Assembly (NCBI GenBank): GCA_965261595.1
Contig: CBDHDG010000006.1
Location: 1-64,000 of the forward strand
DNA length: 64,000 nt
Direction: 5' to 3'
Source: a bacterium
GTDB taxonomy: Bacteria; UBA8248; JACPRG01; G963555815
Shown: positions 33,069 to 43,011 of the stretch, piece by piece
How positions within the stretch are numbered: position 1 is the first letter of the stretch
How the letters are laid out: every line of letters begins with the position of its first letter
Notes under the pieces: generated by a model
What the model was told of the DNA's origin: nothing
Seen by the model: the letters and a program-made list of their open reading frames with translations, nothing else
Database searches by the model: none
Position numbers and translations under genes: made by a program

Positions 33069-34259
33069 ATGAGCGGTTCCGTTCTGATCAAGAATATCGA
33101 GACCATCGTTTCAGGCGACCTGAACGCCCCGCTTCTCGACGGCGAGGCCATCCGGATTGAAGACGGCCGGATCGCCGCCATCGGCGGCGAGTCCGACTGC
33201 GCGGGCGACGTCGAGCAGACCATCGACGCGGGCGGCATGACCGCCGCGCCGGGACTCATCGACTCCCACGTCCACACCACCCAGGGCGACTTCACCCCCC
33301 GTCAGAACACCCTCGGCTGGATCGAGAGCTGCATGAACTGCGGGATCACCGCCATGATCTCCGCGGGCGAGGTCCACACCCCCGGACGTCCCCGCGACGG
33401 CCTGGGCGCCAGGGCCATGGCCATCCTGGCCGCCAAGTCCTTCAGGAACCTCCGCCCCGGCGGGGTCAAGGTCATGGCCGGGGCCGTCATGCTGGAGCCG
33501 GGGCTGAAGCCGTCGGATTTCGACGAGCTGGACGAGGCGGGCGTGGAGCTGGTGGGCGAGGTGGGGCTGGGCGCCATCCGTGACCCCGACGAGGTCCGCC
33601 CGCTTCTCGCCGCGGCCCGGGCCAAAGGCATGCGGGTCCTCTGCCACACGGGCGGCGGGTCGATTCCCGGAAGCATGGTGGTGGACGCCGATATGATTCT
33701 GGCCGTCGGCCCGGACGTGGCCTGTCACCTCAACGGCGGCCCCACGGGTCTCGCCATGGAGGACATCGAGCGGCTGATCAAGGAATCCGACGTCACCCTG
33801 GAGCTCGTCCAAACGGGAAACCAGAAGCGCGCCGTCGAAGCGACGGACCTCTTTCTGGCGGAAGACGTCCTGGACCGGGTCATCGTGGGGACGGACATGC
33901 CCTCGGGGACGGGCGTGATCCCCTACGGCGTCATGCGGTCGGTCGCCGTGATGACGGCCTTTTCGGACCTCTCCCCCGAGGCGGCCCTCTGCACGGCCAC
34001 CGGCAACACCGCGCGGGTCCACAAGATGGACGTGGGGTTTCTCAAGGTGGGCGCCCCCGCCGACATCGCGATCCTGGACGCCCCCTGGGGCTCCACCGGA
34101 AAGGACGCGCTGGCGGCCCTCAAAGCCGGGGACACCCCTTCCCTCGGGGCCGTTCTCATCGACGGGGCGCTCCGCATGTCGAAGAGCCGGACCTCGCCGC
34201 CCTGCACCCGAACCATCCATTTCGACGGCGGACACATCCCTGCGGGGGGCGGGCATTAA
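33069..34259 (+). CDS. Enamidase-like amidohydrolase
   Basis: IVSGDL, PGLIDSHVH..GDFTPRQ, ISAGEVH.PGRP, HTGG.SIPGS, HLNGGPT, D.PSGTG, KSR.SPP. Confidence 0.85.
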   Translation: MSGSVLIKNIETIVSGDLNAPLLDGEAIRIEDGRIAAIGGESDCAGDVEQTIDAGGMTAAPGLIDSHVHTTQGDFTPRQNTLGWIESCMNCGITAMISAGEVHTPGRPRDGLGARAMAILAAKSFRNLRPGGVKVMAGAVMLEPGLKPSDFDELDEAGVELVGEVGLGAIRDPDEVRPLLAAARAKGMRVLCHTGGGSIPGSMVVDADMILAVGPDVACHLNGGPTGLAMEDIERLIKESDVTLELVQTGNQKRAVEATDLFLAEDVLDRVIVGTDMPSGTGVIPYGVMRSVAVMTAFSDLSPEAALCTATGNTARVHKMDVGFLKVGAPADIAILDAPWGSTGKDALAALKAGDTPSLGAVLIDGALRMSKSRTSPPCTRTIHFDGGHIPAGGGH

Positions 34260-34641
34260 AACCCTTCGAAGTCCGGGCTTCCCCGAAGCGGGCTTCTCCG
34301 AAGTCACGGCCGCCCCGGCATCGCGCGCCGCCGACTGTGAATCACCATGAGCTTTTCCTTTCCCCCAAAGTGGTGATCGCCTACATCCTTGGCCGCCGGC
34401 TGATTCCGAAGACCGCCTTCGGCCGGGCTCACCGGGAATCCGGGCGCGGGGACCTCGGGCTTCTCCTTTCGACCTTCATCGCCCTCAGCCTGATCCTCAT
34501 CATCGCCCGCTCTCTGATTTTCGTGGCGCCGGCCGCCGTCCTGCTGTTCATCGGAGGGATCCGCCTCCTGGCCGGACAACCCCGCCGGCGCGTTCAGGCC
34601 GCCGCTGCGGGGCTGGCGGGAATCCTCACGGCATAGGTGAT

Positions 34642-36075
34642 TTGGGGACTGATTGCGCTCCCCCACGTCCGCCTGGATTACTATTATTTTATCCGGAAGG
34701 CCCCGCTGCGGAAAATCACGCGGCCCGGCAAGCTCCCCCCCCCCCCCCTCACATCATCTTCATCGTGGTGGACACCCTTCGCTCGGACCATCTGAACGCC
34801 TACGGGTATTCCAAAGACACTTCACCCGTCATCTCCCGGCTGGCCCGGGAGGGGATTCGCTTCACGAGATTCCGCGCGAATTCCAACGAGACGTCACAGA
34901 CGGTGGCCTCCCTTTTGACCGGACGGCATCCCTCGGGGCACGGTCTCCTCCGCCTGGGAGACCCCCTGCCCGAGGGCGCCCCCCTGCTCACAGAAGTCCT
35001 CCAAAACCGGGGGTGCAACACGGCGTTCTTTACGCCCCACTGGTTTATCGATGGGCGCCCCAACTTCGAACGGGGCGCGGACTACCCCTACAGCGCATGG
35101 GAAGAGACGCCGTTCCGAATGGCGGGCGCCCAACAACTCTTCGTCTGGCTCAAGTTGACGGCGGCCTGGCCCGGCCTGAGCCATGCCCTTCAATGGCTGG
35201 ACATGAAGAAGAACGACCTCCTCTTGGCCGGCCTCGGGTTGCGAGCCATGGAATCCGCCGACCGGTTCACGGACAAGGTCCTGGGTTTCATGGATTACGC
35301 CACCGGCCGGAGGGATTACGACCCGGACCGGGACCGCTTCTTCCTGTTCCTTTTCTTCCACGACCTCCACTGGCCTCGGTGCCTCCCCAAGCCTTACCAT
35401 CGGATGTACGACCCCGAATACAACGGCCCGGAAATCTGTAGGAAGGAAGGCGCGCGCGATGTCCGGGAGGCCAAAAATGAAGTCGCCCGATACAACGGCG
35501 CGCTCCGGTTCGTGGACGGCCAGGTGGGCCGACTCCTCGACAAAATGAAATCCGTAGGCTGGCTCGATCAATCACTCGTCGTGATCACCTCGGACCACGG
35601 AGAGAAATTCGGCGCCGGCGGTGAGTTCGGCCACGGCGAAACGATGTGGGAGGATCTGGTCCGGATTCCTCTGATCCTCTGGTAGCCTTCCCGCTGGAAA
35701 AACGGCCAATCCGTCGGCGGCGTCGCCGAACAGGTGGACCTGATGCCGACCCTCCTCGATCTGCTGCGCATCCCTCGCCCCGCCGGGATTCAAGGACGAA
35801 GCCTGCTCACCGATCGGGGGTCCTTCCCCGCCGCGACGAACCGTTCAACCGCTTTCGGCGAGGCCGAAACGGAAACGGGCGGGTATCATTACCTCCTGCG
35901 CGACGGGTGGAAGCTTCTCCTCGGCCTCGGAAGACCGAAGCGGCTTTTCAACCTCAAAATGGATCCCGGTGAAAAGAAAAACCTATACGGCCGCCAGCCC
36001 CGAACCGGTGATATGGAGAAAGCCCTGAAGCAACGGATCCAGCGGGCGCGCCGGGCGGCCCCAAAGGGCCCTTGA
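34642..36075 (+). pseudogene. Sulfatase-like hydrolase, in-frame TAG at 35683-35685; the hydrophobic ORF 34337-34636 may be its 5' part
   Basis: IIFIVVDTLRSDHL..YGY, ASLLTG, VITSDHGE, then QVDLMPTLLDLL in the same frame after the stop; no CxPxR motif. Confidence 0.75.
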
Positions 36076-36615
36076 TTCACCGGGCGCCATTGCCTGTCAT
36101 GCGGCGCGTTTCCAATCGGGGGTCAACCGGCCCGCGTGAAGAATTTGCCGCGCGACCCCTTTTCGGAAATCACGAGCGGCGCCGGAAATCTCTTCATTAC
36201 GGACCGGCCGGCCTGTCGAAATCCCGACGGATTTCCGACATCCCGCGATGAATTCACACCAAGCGTCCGCGAAATTCAATCAACGCCCGGCGGAAATCTT
36301 CTCCAAGGCGAACACCTAACCCATTATTTCAAAATGCCTTATGAGAATTCAGGAGATCTCCCTGGCCGATTTCCAGTGCTCTGGCACAGAAATTGAACCT
36401 ACCCACAAGTATATCAGTGTCCCATTTGATGAAAATTGCCGGTCCAAGTCCGGGAATCGTGATCGATCGAGCCGATCTTCTCCACGAAAAAATCGGCTTC
36501 GAGCGAGGTCCCGGCTTCACAATTCACCTGGCCGCGGGAGCGTTTTCTTCTACCGTTGGAAGGAAGTGCGAGCCGCCCATCCCGAATCAACGGGAGAGGG
36601 GGAGGGGGAGGGGAA

Positions 36616-37446
36616 ATGCGCACCGAGGACGGCACCGGCCATGCCGGTGACATCCTATTGCAAGGGCCGGCGCGGGGCGAATCCGCGAAAGGCCTCGCCC
36701 AGGCCCGCGAGAACGGCGGACCCCTTCCCCGGCGCGAACCCGGCCGGCACGAAGCCCTTCGCCCCCAGAATCTCGGCGAGATCTCGGGCCCTTTCTGCCA
36801 CAATTTGAACAACCTACTGAATCACATCATCGGATCTCTGAACCTCATGATGACCAAGGAAGAAGGCCCGCACGAATGGGTCGAAAGCCTGGGAGAGATC
36901 GAGAAGACCGCCCAGGAGGCGGCCGAGCTCAACGGCCAGCTCGCCTCTCTCGTCCACCGCGAGGAGGGAGATCGAAAAGAACCGGTTCATCTCGGCCATC
37001 TGCTTCTGGGAGTCATCCATTTGACCGGACAATTTCCGAGCCGAAGAACCAAGCTGAATTATCACATCGAGCCGGATCTTCCGCCGGTCTATGCGAATCC
37101 GGCCGTTCTGGAGCAAGCGATCCTGTCTCTTCTTTTGGCCGCGAATCGATACGATGGGGTGAAAAGTCTGGTGTTCGCCTCAGCCGATCGAATCGACGGA
37201 GCCCTCTCATCCGAGGCGAAGGTCCGCGTCTACATCTCCCGCACCCCGGTCCGCGGAAATCCCCAGGCGTCGCCGTCCCGAAACATGCCGGAGCCGACGC
37301 CGACACACCCGAGCCTGCCGATAGTCGAGTCCATCATCCGCTCGCTCGGGGGCGAGGCGTCTTTTTCGATCACCGCCGACGAAGGGTTGGAATTCGAGAT
37401 CATCCTTCCGGCCGCGTCCCGGGACCAACCCGCAGAGCGGAACTAG
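36616..37446 (+). CDS. Degenerate histidine kinase core without sensor domain
   Basis: H-box HNLNNLL, LEQAILSL; ATP-binding N/G boxes not recognisable. Confidence 0.6.
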   Translation: MRTEDGTGHAGDILLQGPARGESAKGLAQARENGGPLPRREPGRHEALRPQNLGEISGPFCHNLNNLLNHIIGSLNLMMTKEEGPHEWVESLGEIEKTAQEAAELNGQLASLVHREEGDRKEPVHLGHLLLGVIHLTGQFPSRRTKLNYHIEPDLPPVYANPAVLEQAILSLLLAANRYDGVKSLVFASADRIDGALSSEAKVRVYISRTPVRGNPQASPSRNMPEPTPTHPSLPIVESIIRSLGGEASFSITADEGLEFEIILPAASRDQPAERN

Positions 37447-37451
37447 CGCCC

Positions 37452-37802
37452 ATGGAAGAACACAAACACATGCGCCCCACAGTCCTCATCGTCGACGATG
37501 AATCCACAACACGGAATCTGGTCTCCAAGTTTCTCAACCGGGAGGGGTACCGAACGCTGACGGCCAAGGACGGGCCGGAAGCCCTGGAACTCTACGCGCT
37601 GAAGCAATCCGAGATTGATGTGACGCTTCTGGACGCGATGATGCCGGGAATGGACGGCTTTGAAACCATGGTCGCCATCCGGGAAATCGATCCGGATGCG
37701 GAATTCATCCTCTCCAGCGGCTTCCCGAAAGAGGTCTTCGCCGAATCGAACCTGAGCGGCGCTTTGCTGAAAAGCGCCGCCGGGTCCGGTCAGCCTCTCT
37801 GA
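37452..37802 (+). CDS. Single-domain response regulator (C-terminal Lys motif unclear)
   Basis: VLIVDDE, LLDAMMPGMDG, ILSSG. Confidence 0.8.
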   Translation: MEEHKHMRPTVLIVDDESTTRNLVSKFLNREGYRTLTAKDGPEALELYALKQSEIDVTLLDAMMPGMDGFETMVAIREIDPDAEFILSSGFPKEVFAESNLSGALLKSAAGSGQPL

Positions 37803-38191
37803 ACCCATCCTCGGGGCGTCCATTCCACCCCGGATTCGCGGACGGCCGTCCCGGGACCCCGCCGCGCTTGAGAGAAACCGGACCCCTGGTGAAAACCAGA
37901 GCGCGGCTCTCCGCGGCCGGACTTGCTCGACGGATGACCGGAACGCGCCCGCGCCCTTTCCCAAATTCCTGAGAAATTCGGGCTGAAATCATGTAAGATA
38001 CGTGTAGAGAAGGATCTTCCCGAGGACGGCCTGCGGGTTCTCTCACCACGGCGATTCCGGACGCCCCCCTGCCGGAGATCCAACCCATCACTCTCTCTTC
38101 CGAGCACACCGGGAGATCGCGCCCTTCCGCGCGGCCGGAATCTTTTGACACCGCCCCGGCCCCGCTCGATGGAACGGCGGCGTTCGAATCG

Positions 38192-40708
38192 ATGCGGACC
38201 GGCGTCTCCCCTCCCCCTCCCCCCTCCTGCCCCCCGCGTCCGGCCTCGCGGTTCGAAGCTCAGATTGATCTGCCCATCACCGGAATGTCCAACCTCGCGC
38301 GCGCATCCAGGCTGGAGAAAAATCTCTCGGCCACTCCGGGCGTCTCCTACGCCGGCGTGAACATCGAGACCGAGCGCGCCACCGTCCACTATGACCCGCG
38401 ATGGGTAACGGTTCTCCAGCTTGTCCGATGCGTGGAGGAAAGCGGCGGCGGCGTTGCCGCCGTCCGAACGACCCTGGCCGTTCAGGGATTGTCGTGCGGC
38501 TCCCGCGTATCGGACATCGAGCGGGCGCTCCGGGACGTCCCGGGCGTCCTGTCGGCGAACGTCAACCCGGCAACGGGCAGGGCGACGGTGGAATCCCTGC
38601 CCGGTCTTTCCGGCGAATCCGACCTGCGGGCCGCCATCAAGTCGGCCGGGCACAGTGTGTTGGAGGCCCCCGAAACGGAGCTCGCCGACCGGGAGGAGGA
38701 GGCGCGCAATCGCGAGGCCCGCTCCCTGTCCGCCGGATCTATCCTCGCCGGGACGCTTTCAGTCTTCATTGTTCTGGGGAGCATGGAGGGGGTGTCGACC
38801 CTCGTGGGGCCATGGCTCCCGAGCGTCTACCTCCTCTGGCTCTTGGCGACCCCCGTCCAGTTTTACGCCGGCCGGACCTTCTACCGGGGGGCCTGGGCGG
38901 CCGCGCGGCGCTGGGGCGCGGACGGGAACACCCTCATCGCCCTCGGGATCTCGACCGTCTACTTCTACAGCGCGGCCGCGGTTCTCTTTCCGGATTTCCT
39001 GCGCGGGATCGGCGACGAGCCCCGTCCGCATTTCGACGCCGCGGCGATCATGACCACCCTCATCCTCCTCGGCCGGCGGATCGAGGCCGCGGCCCGGGGA
39101 AGGAGCCGGGCGGCCGCCAAAAATCTCCGGGCGCTTCGGCCGAAGACCGTCCGCATTTTCCATGATGGCCGCGAGTGGGACATCCCCGCCGACCAGGTCC
39201 GGATCGAAAGCCGGGTTCTGGTCGGCCCCGGGGAGCGGGTTCCCGCGGATGGGGTCATCGTGGCGGGAGGGTCGAGTCTCGACGAATCCGGCGCGGCGGG
39301 CGGACGTCCCCCCGTGAACAAGGGCGTCGGCGACAAGGTGTTCGCCGGCGCGTTGAACATGACGGACCGCTTCCTGTTCGAAGTCCGGGCGGCCGGCCCG
39401 GAAACCGCGCTGGCCCGAACCGTCAAGCGGTTGGAAAACGCGCAAGGGCGCCCCGCCCCCATCCAGACCGCGGCTGGCCGGCCGGCCGCGGTCTTCGTTC
39501 CGGCGGTGATCGGGACGGCTCTCATCGCATTCACCCTCTGGCTGCTTCTCGGGCCGGCGCCCGCGTTCCACTCGGCGCTGTTGAGCTTTGCGGCGGTCCT
39601 GATCGTCGCCTCCCCGTGCGCTTTGGCGTTTGCGGCGCCGTCCGCCGTCCAGGTGGGCACGGGGCGCGGAGCGGAGAGCGGCATCCTGATCCGGGGCGGA
39701 GAAGCGCTGGAGGCGGCCTCCGGGATTCAAACCGTCATTTTTGAAAAGACGGGCGTCCTGACCGAGGGCAAACCCGAAGTGACGGACCTGATCACCGCCC
39801 ACGGATTCTCGGCCGAAGAGGTCCTGCGTCTCGCGGGATCCGCGGAGCGGCCATCCGGGCATCCCCTGGGGATCGCGATCTTGGACAAGGCCCGGCAGAG
39901 CGGCGTGGCCCTTACGGCCGCGGAAGGTTTCTCCGCCGTTGCGGGCCGCGGCGTCCGCGCCGCCGTGGAAGGGCGATCCATCGTTCTGGGAAACGCCGAA
40001 TTGATGGAGGCCGAAGGGGTGGACATCTCCGGCCTGCGCAACGCCATCGAAGTCCAGACCGAGAAGGGAAAGACCCCTGTGCTCCTCGCCGTCGACGGGG
40101 TTTCGGCCGCCCTGCTGGCGGCGGCGGACCCCTTGAAGGAGAGCGCCCGCGAGACCATCGAGAGACTTCACCGGATGGGTCTCGAAACCGTTCTGCTCAC
40201 CGGGGGCCACCGCCGCTCCGCCCAAGTCATCGCCGAGGAAGCGGGCGTCGGGCGCGTCCTGGCGGAGGTCCCCCCAGAGGACAAGGCCCGGGAGATCCTG
40301 CGTCTGCAGGGGGAGGGGGAGGGAAAAAGGGCGGCCATCGTAAGCAACGGCTTCCGCGAAGCCCCGGCCTCGGCGGACCTCGGAATCTCCATCGGGACCG
40401 GACCGGACGGCGGAAGAGGGAGGGATGGGGGGGTCTCGGACATCACCCTGATCGGCCGGGACCCCATGGACGTGGTGAACGCGATCCGTCTCAGCCGCCG
40501 TACGCTGAGGACCGTCAAACAGAACCTGTTTTGGGCATTCGCCTACAACGCGACCGCCATCCCCCTCGCCGCCGGCGCACTGCACCCCCTTTTCGGGTCG
40601 GCCCCGAGTCCGGTGGCGGCTTCCCTCGCCCTGGCCGCCGGCTCGGCCTTCGTCCTCTGGAACAGCCTGCGGCTGCGGCGCTTCCGGCCCGTGGAATTCA
40701 AGCCGTAA
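38192..40708 (+). CDS. CopA-like P1B-type ATPase homologue with inactivated motifs
   Basis: Two HMA folds, LATPVQF, PGERVPADG, KQNLFWAFAYN; but EKTGV, SPC, AGG, TGGH and SNGFREAP replace the canonical motifs. Confidence 0.85.
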   Translation: MRTGVSPPPPPSCPPRPASRFEAQIDLPITGMSNLARASRLEKNLSATPGVSYAGVNIETERATVHYDPRWVTVLQLVRCVEESGGGVAAVRTTLAVQGLSCGSRVSDIERALRDVPGVLSANVNPATGRATVESLPGLSGESDLRAAIKSAGHSVLEAPETELADREEEARNREARSLSAGSILAGTLSVFIVLGSMEGVSTLVGPWLPSVYLLWLLATPVQFYAGRTFYRGAWAAARRWGADGNTLIALGISTVYFYSAAAVLFPDFLRGIGDEPRPHFDAAAIMTTLILLGRRIEAAARGRSRAAAKNLRALRPKTVRIFHDGREWDIPADQVRIESRVLVGPGERVPADGVIVAGGSSLDESGAAGGRPPVNKGVGDKVFAGALNMTDRFLFEVRAAGPETALARTVKRLENAQGRPAPIQTAAGRPAAVFVPAVIGTALIAFTLWLLLGPAPAFHSALLSFAAVLIVASPCALAFAAPSAVQVGTGRGAESGILIRGGEALEAASGIQTVIFEKTGVLTEGKPEVTDLITAHGFSAEEVLRLAGSAERPSGHPLGIAILDKARQSGVALTAAEGFSAVAGRGVRAAVEGRSIVLGNAELMEAEGVDISGLRNAIEVQTEKGKTPVLLAVDGVSAALLAAADPLKESARETIERLHRMGLETVLLTGGHRRSAQVIAEEAGVGRVLAEVPPEDKAREILRLQGEGEGKRAAIVSNGFREAPASADLGISIGTGPDGGRGRDGGVSDITLIGRDPMDVVNAIRLSRRTLRTVKQNLFWAFAYNATAIPLAAGALHPLFGSAPSPVAASLALAAGSAFVLWNSLRLRRFRPVEFKP

Positions 40709-40814
40709 CCGCGGCCGGTTCTCTCCTCCCGCGCTCTTTTGGTAGGATAACGGCCGGAGCGCAGTCCCGTTCTTCCCCCGGCCGGGCCGGGGGATTCAAG
40801 AGGATAAGGAGCCG

Positions 40815-42176
40815 ATGGCGGACGACCTGAGGGGTTTTCTGGCGGAAATGGAAGCGGGGGAGGGAGCGGGGGGGGAGCTCATCCGGGTTCGGCGCGAGAT
40901 CTCCCGCGACTTCGAGATGGCGGCCCTCGTCTCCAAGCTCGAGGCCGAGCACCGCGTCCCCGTCCTGTGGTTCGAGAAAGTCCGCGGGGCGGACTTTCCG
41001 GTTGTCGTGAACTGCTTCGCCTCCCGATCGAGGATCGCGTCCAGCCTCGGCCTCCCCTCCGGCGCCCTGCTCGCCCGGTTTCAGGAAGCCCTGGACAGCC
41101 CCATCCCGCCGGCCGAGGTGTCTTCCGCGCCTGTCCAGGAGGTCGTGATCGAGGGGGATTCGGTGGACCTGAGCCGGCTGCCCCTCATGCGATACCACGA
41201 CACGGACGCCGCCCCATACGTGACGGCGGGGATTGTCATCGCGAAGGACCCCGACACGGGCGCGTACAACCTGAGCTTCAACCGGATGATGCTCAAGGAC
41301 CGGAACCGGCTGGGGATCTTCATGACGGTGGGTAAGCACCTGAACGAAATCTACAGCCGGGCGGAAGAGCGCGGCGAGGCCCTGCCCATCGCGGTCTCGC
41401 TGGGCAATCATCCCGCCTGGGCGCTCGGGGCGTGCATGATCGGCCCCTACCAGGTGGAGGAGCCGGGCGTCATCGGCGGCCTGATGAAGCGGCCCCTGGA
41501 GATGGTCCCGGCGCGCACCGTGGACCTTCTCGTCCCGGCCCGGGCGGAGATCGTCCTCGAGGGGGAGATCGAGCCTTTCACCCGGGAGATGGAGGGCTCG
41601 TTCGCCGAGTTTCATGGTTACGCCACCCCCCCCCGGGAGCGGCAGGTGGTCCGCGTCCGGGCCGTCACTCACCGCCGGGACGCCGTCTACCAGGACCTGG
41701 TCGGGGGCGCCCACCGCGAGCACCTCGTCCTGCCCACCGTCCCGATGGAAGCCAATCTGGATCGGGCCGTTCGAGGCGCCGTGCCGTCACTGAAGGCGCT
41801 TCGCATCGCGGCCCCCTTCTGCCTGGTGGCGTCCATCCGGAAAGGACACCCGGGCCAGCCCAAGACCGTGGCCCTGGCGGCCTTCGGGGCGGAGCTCTAC
41901 CTCAAGCAGGTCATCGTCGTGGACGACGACATCGACGTAAGCGACCTCTCGCGTGTCCTGTGGGCCATGGCCACGCGCTGCCAGTGGAGCCGCGATACGT
42001 TCGTCATTCCGGACGCCCCGGGCTCCTCCCTGGACCCGTCCGCCATCACCGAGGGCCTGGTCGACAAGGTCGGAATCGACGCGACCGCCAAGCCGACCCT
42101 GGAAAGCTTTTCCCCTCTAGGCAGGATCCCCGCGGAAGTTCTCTCCCGGATGAGGCTGGAAGTCTACCTGGACTAG
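40815..42176 (+). CDS. UbiD-family prFMN-dependent decarboxylase
   Basis: DLRGFL, NLSFNR, EIVLEG, EGSFAEFHGY, VVDDDIDV, LDPS, KVGIDAT. Confidence 0.92.
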   Translation: MADDLRGFLAEMEAGEGAGGELIRVRREISRDFEMAALVSKLEAEHRVPVLWFEKVRGADFPVVVNCFASRSRIASSLGLPSGALLARFQEALDSPIPPAEVSSAPVQEVVIEGDSVDLSRLPLMRYHDTDAAPYVTAGIVIAKDPDTGAYNLSFNRMMLKDRNRLGIFMTVGKHLNEIYSRAEERGEALPIAVSLGNHPAWALGACMIGPYQVEEPGVIGGLMKRPLEMVPARTVDLLVPARAEIVLEGEIEPFTREMEGSFAEFHGYATPPRERQVVRVRAVTHRRDAVYQDLVGGAHREHLVLPTVPMEANLDRAVRGAVPSLKALRIAAPFCLVASIRKGHPGQPKTVALAAFGAELYLKQVIVVDDDIDVSDLSRVLWAMATRCQWSRDTFVIPDAPGSSLDPSAITEGLVDKVGIDATAKPTLESFSPLGRIPAEVLSRMRLEVYLD

Positions 42177-43011
42177 CGGCCCCCCATCAGCGGCCCGGCC
42201 GTGCTCCGGAAATACGGCCACTCCGGTTATCCGTCCAACGACCATTTTCACCGTCAAGAATCCGTTACAACTCCACGTCATCGAAATGACATACCATCCG
42301 GCCCCACGCGAGTTTCAGGTTTGGGGGGGGGGTGGAGTTCCGTTGGGAAAAAACGAGAATGAAAGGTTTCGGGCTTGGGTTCGGTCGAACGACCCTCGAC
42401 CCGGACCCGTTCATAAAGGGGAAGCCGACTAAGCATAATATACTATATAATTGTCCACTCGTCGAAATGATTATTATCTTTCATTCGTCATAAGATCCGG
42501 TATCGGAATATAAACGAAGTCAATTCCGCGCCTTTTTCCATGAATACGATTCGCGTTTTCGAGTCGAACTTTCCGGGCAATCTCTCGGAGAAGTAACTAG
42601 TTCTGAACACCTAGTCTTTTATTACTATCACAGATGGAATCTTTCGGGTAAACGAAACTCCGCATCCATCTTGATTCCCACGTCGAACGAACCCGCGGCG
42701 CCCGGCAACGGGAGGCCGCTGATGCGCCTGAACCCCGCCGTTACAACATCCGCGCCGCTTCCCGCGTTTTTTCCCCCGCACCTTCGGCAGATTGAAGCCG
42801 CCTTCCTTATGGATTCGGGTTCATCTTAAAACGGTGTACCCGTGTTGCTGGTTGGCACATCAATTGCACACAGGTTCACGCTTTAGGGGAAACCTGAAAA
42901 ACATAAAAGACTCCATCGCGGCGGGGGCTTTTTCGCGAAATGATAAGGACCCTCTTCCGCGTGGCGCTCCCCATGTCCGCGCACAAGAGGGTCGAAAGGA
43001 GAATCGGAACA

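Noticed and set aside
42428..42455. dif-like site (ACTAAGCATAATATACTATATAATT)
   Set aside because: Only the XerC-like half resembles dif; the conserved TTATGTTAAAT XerD arm is absent
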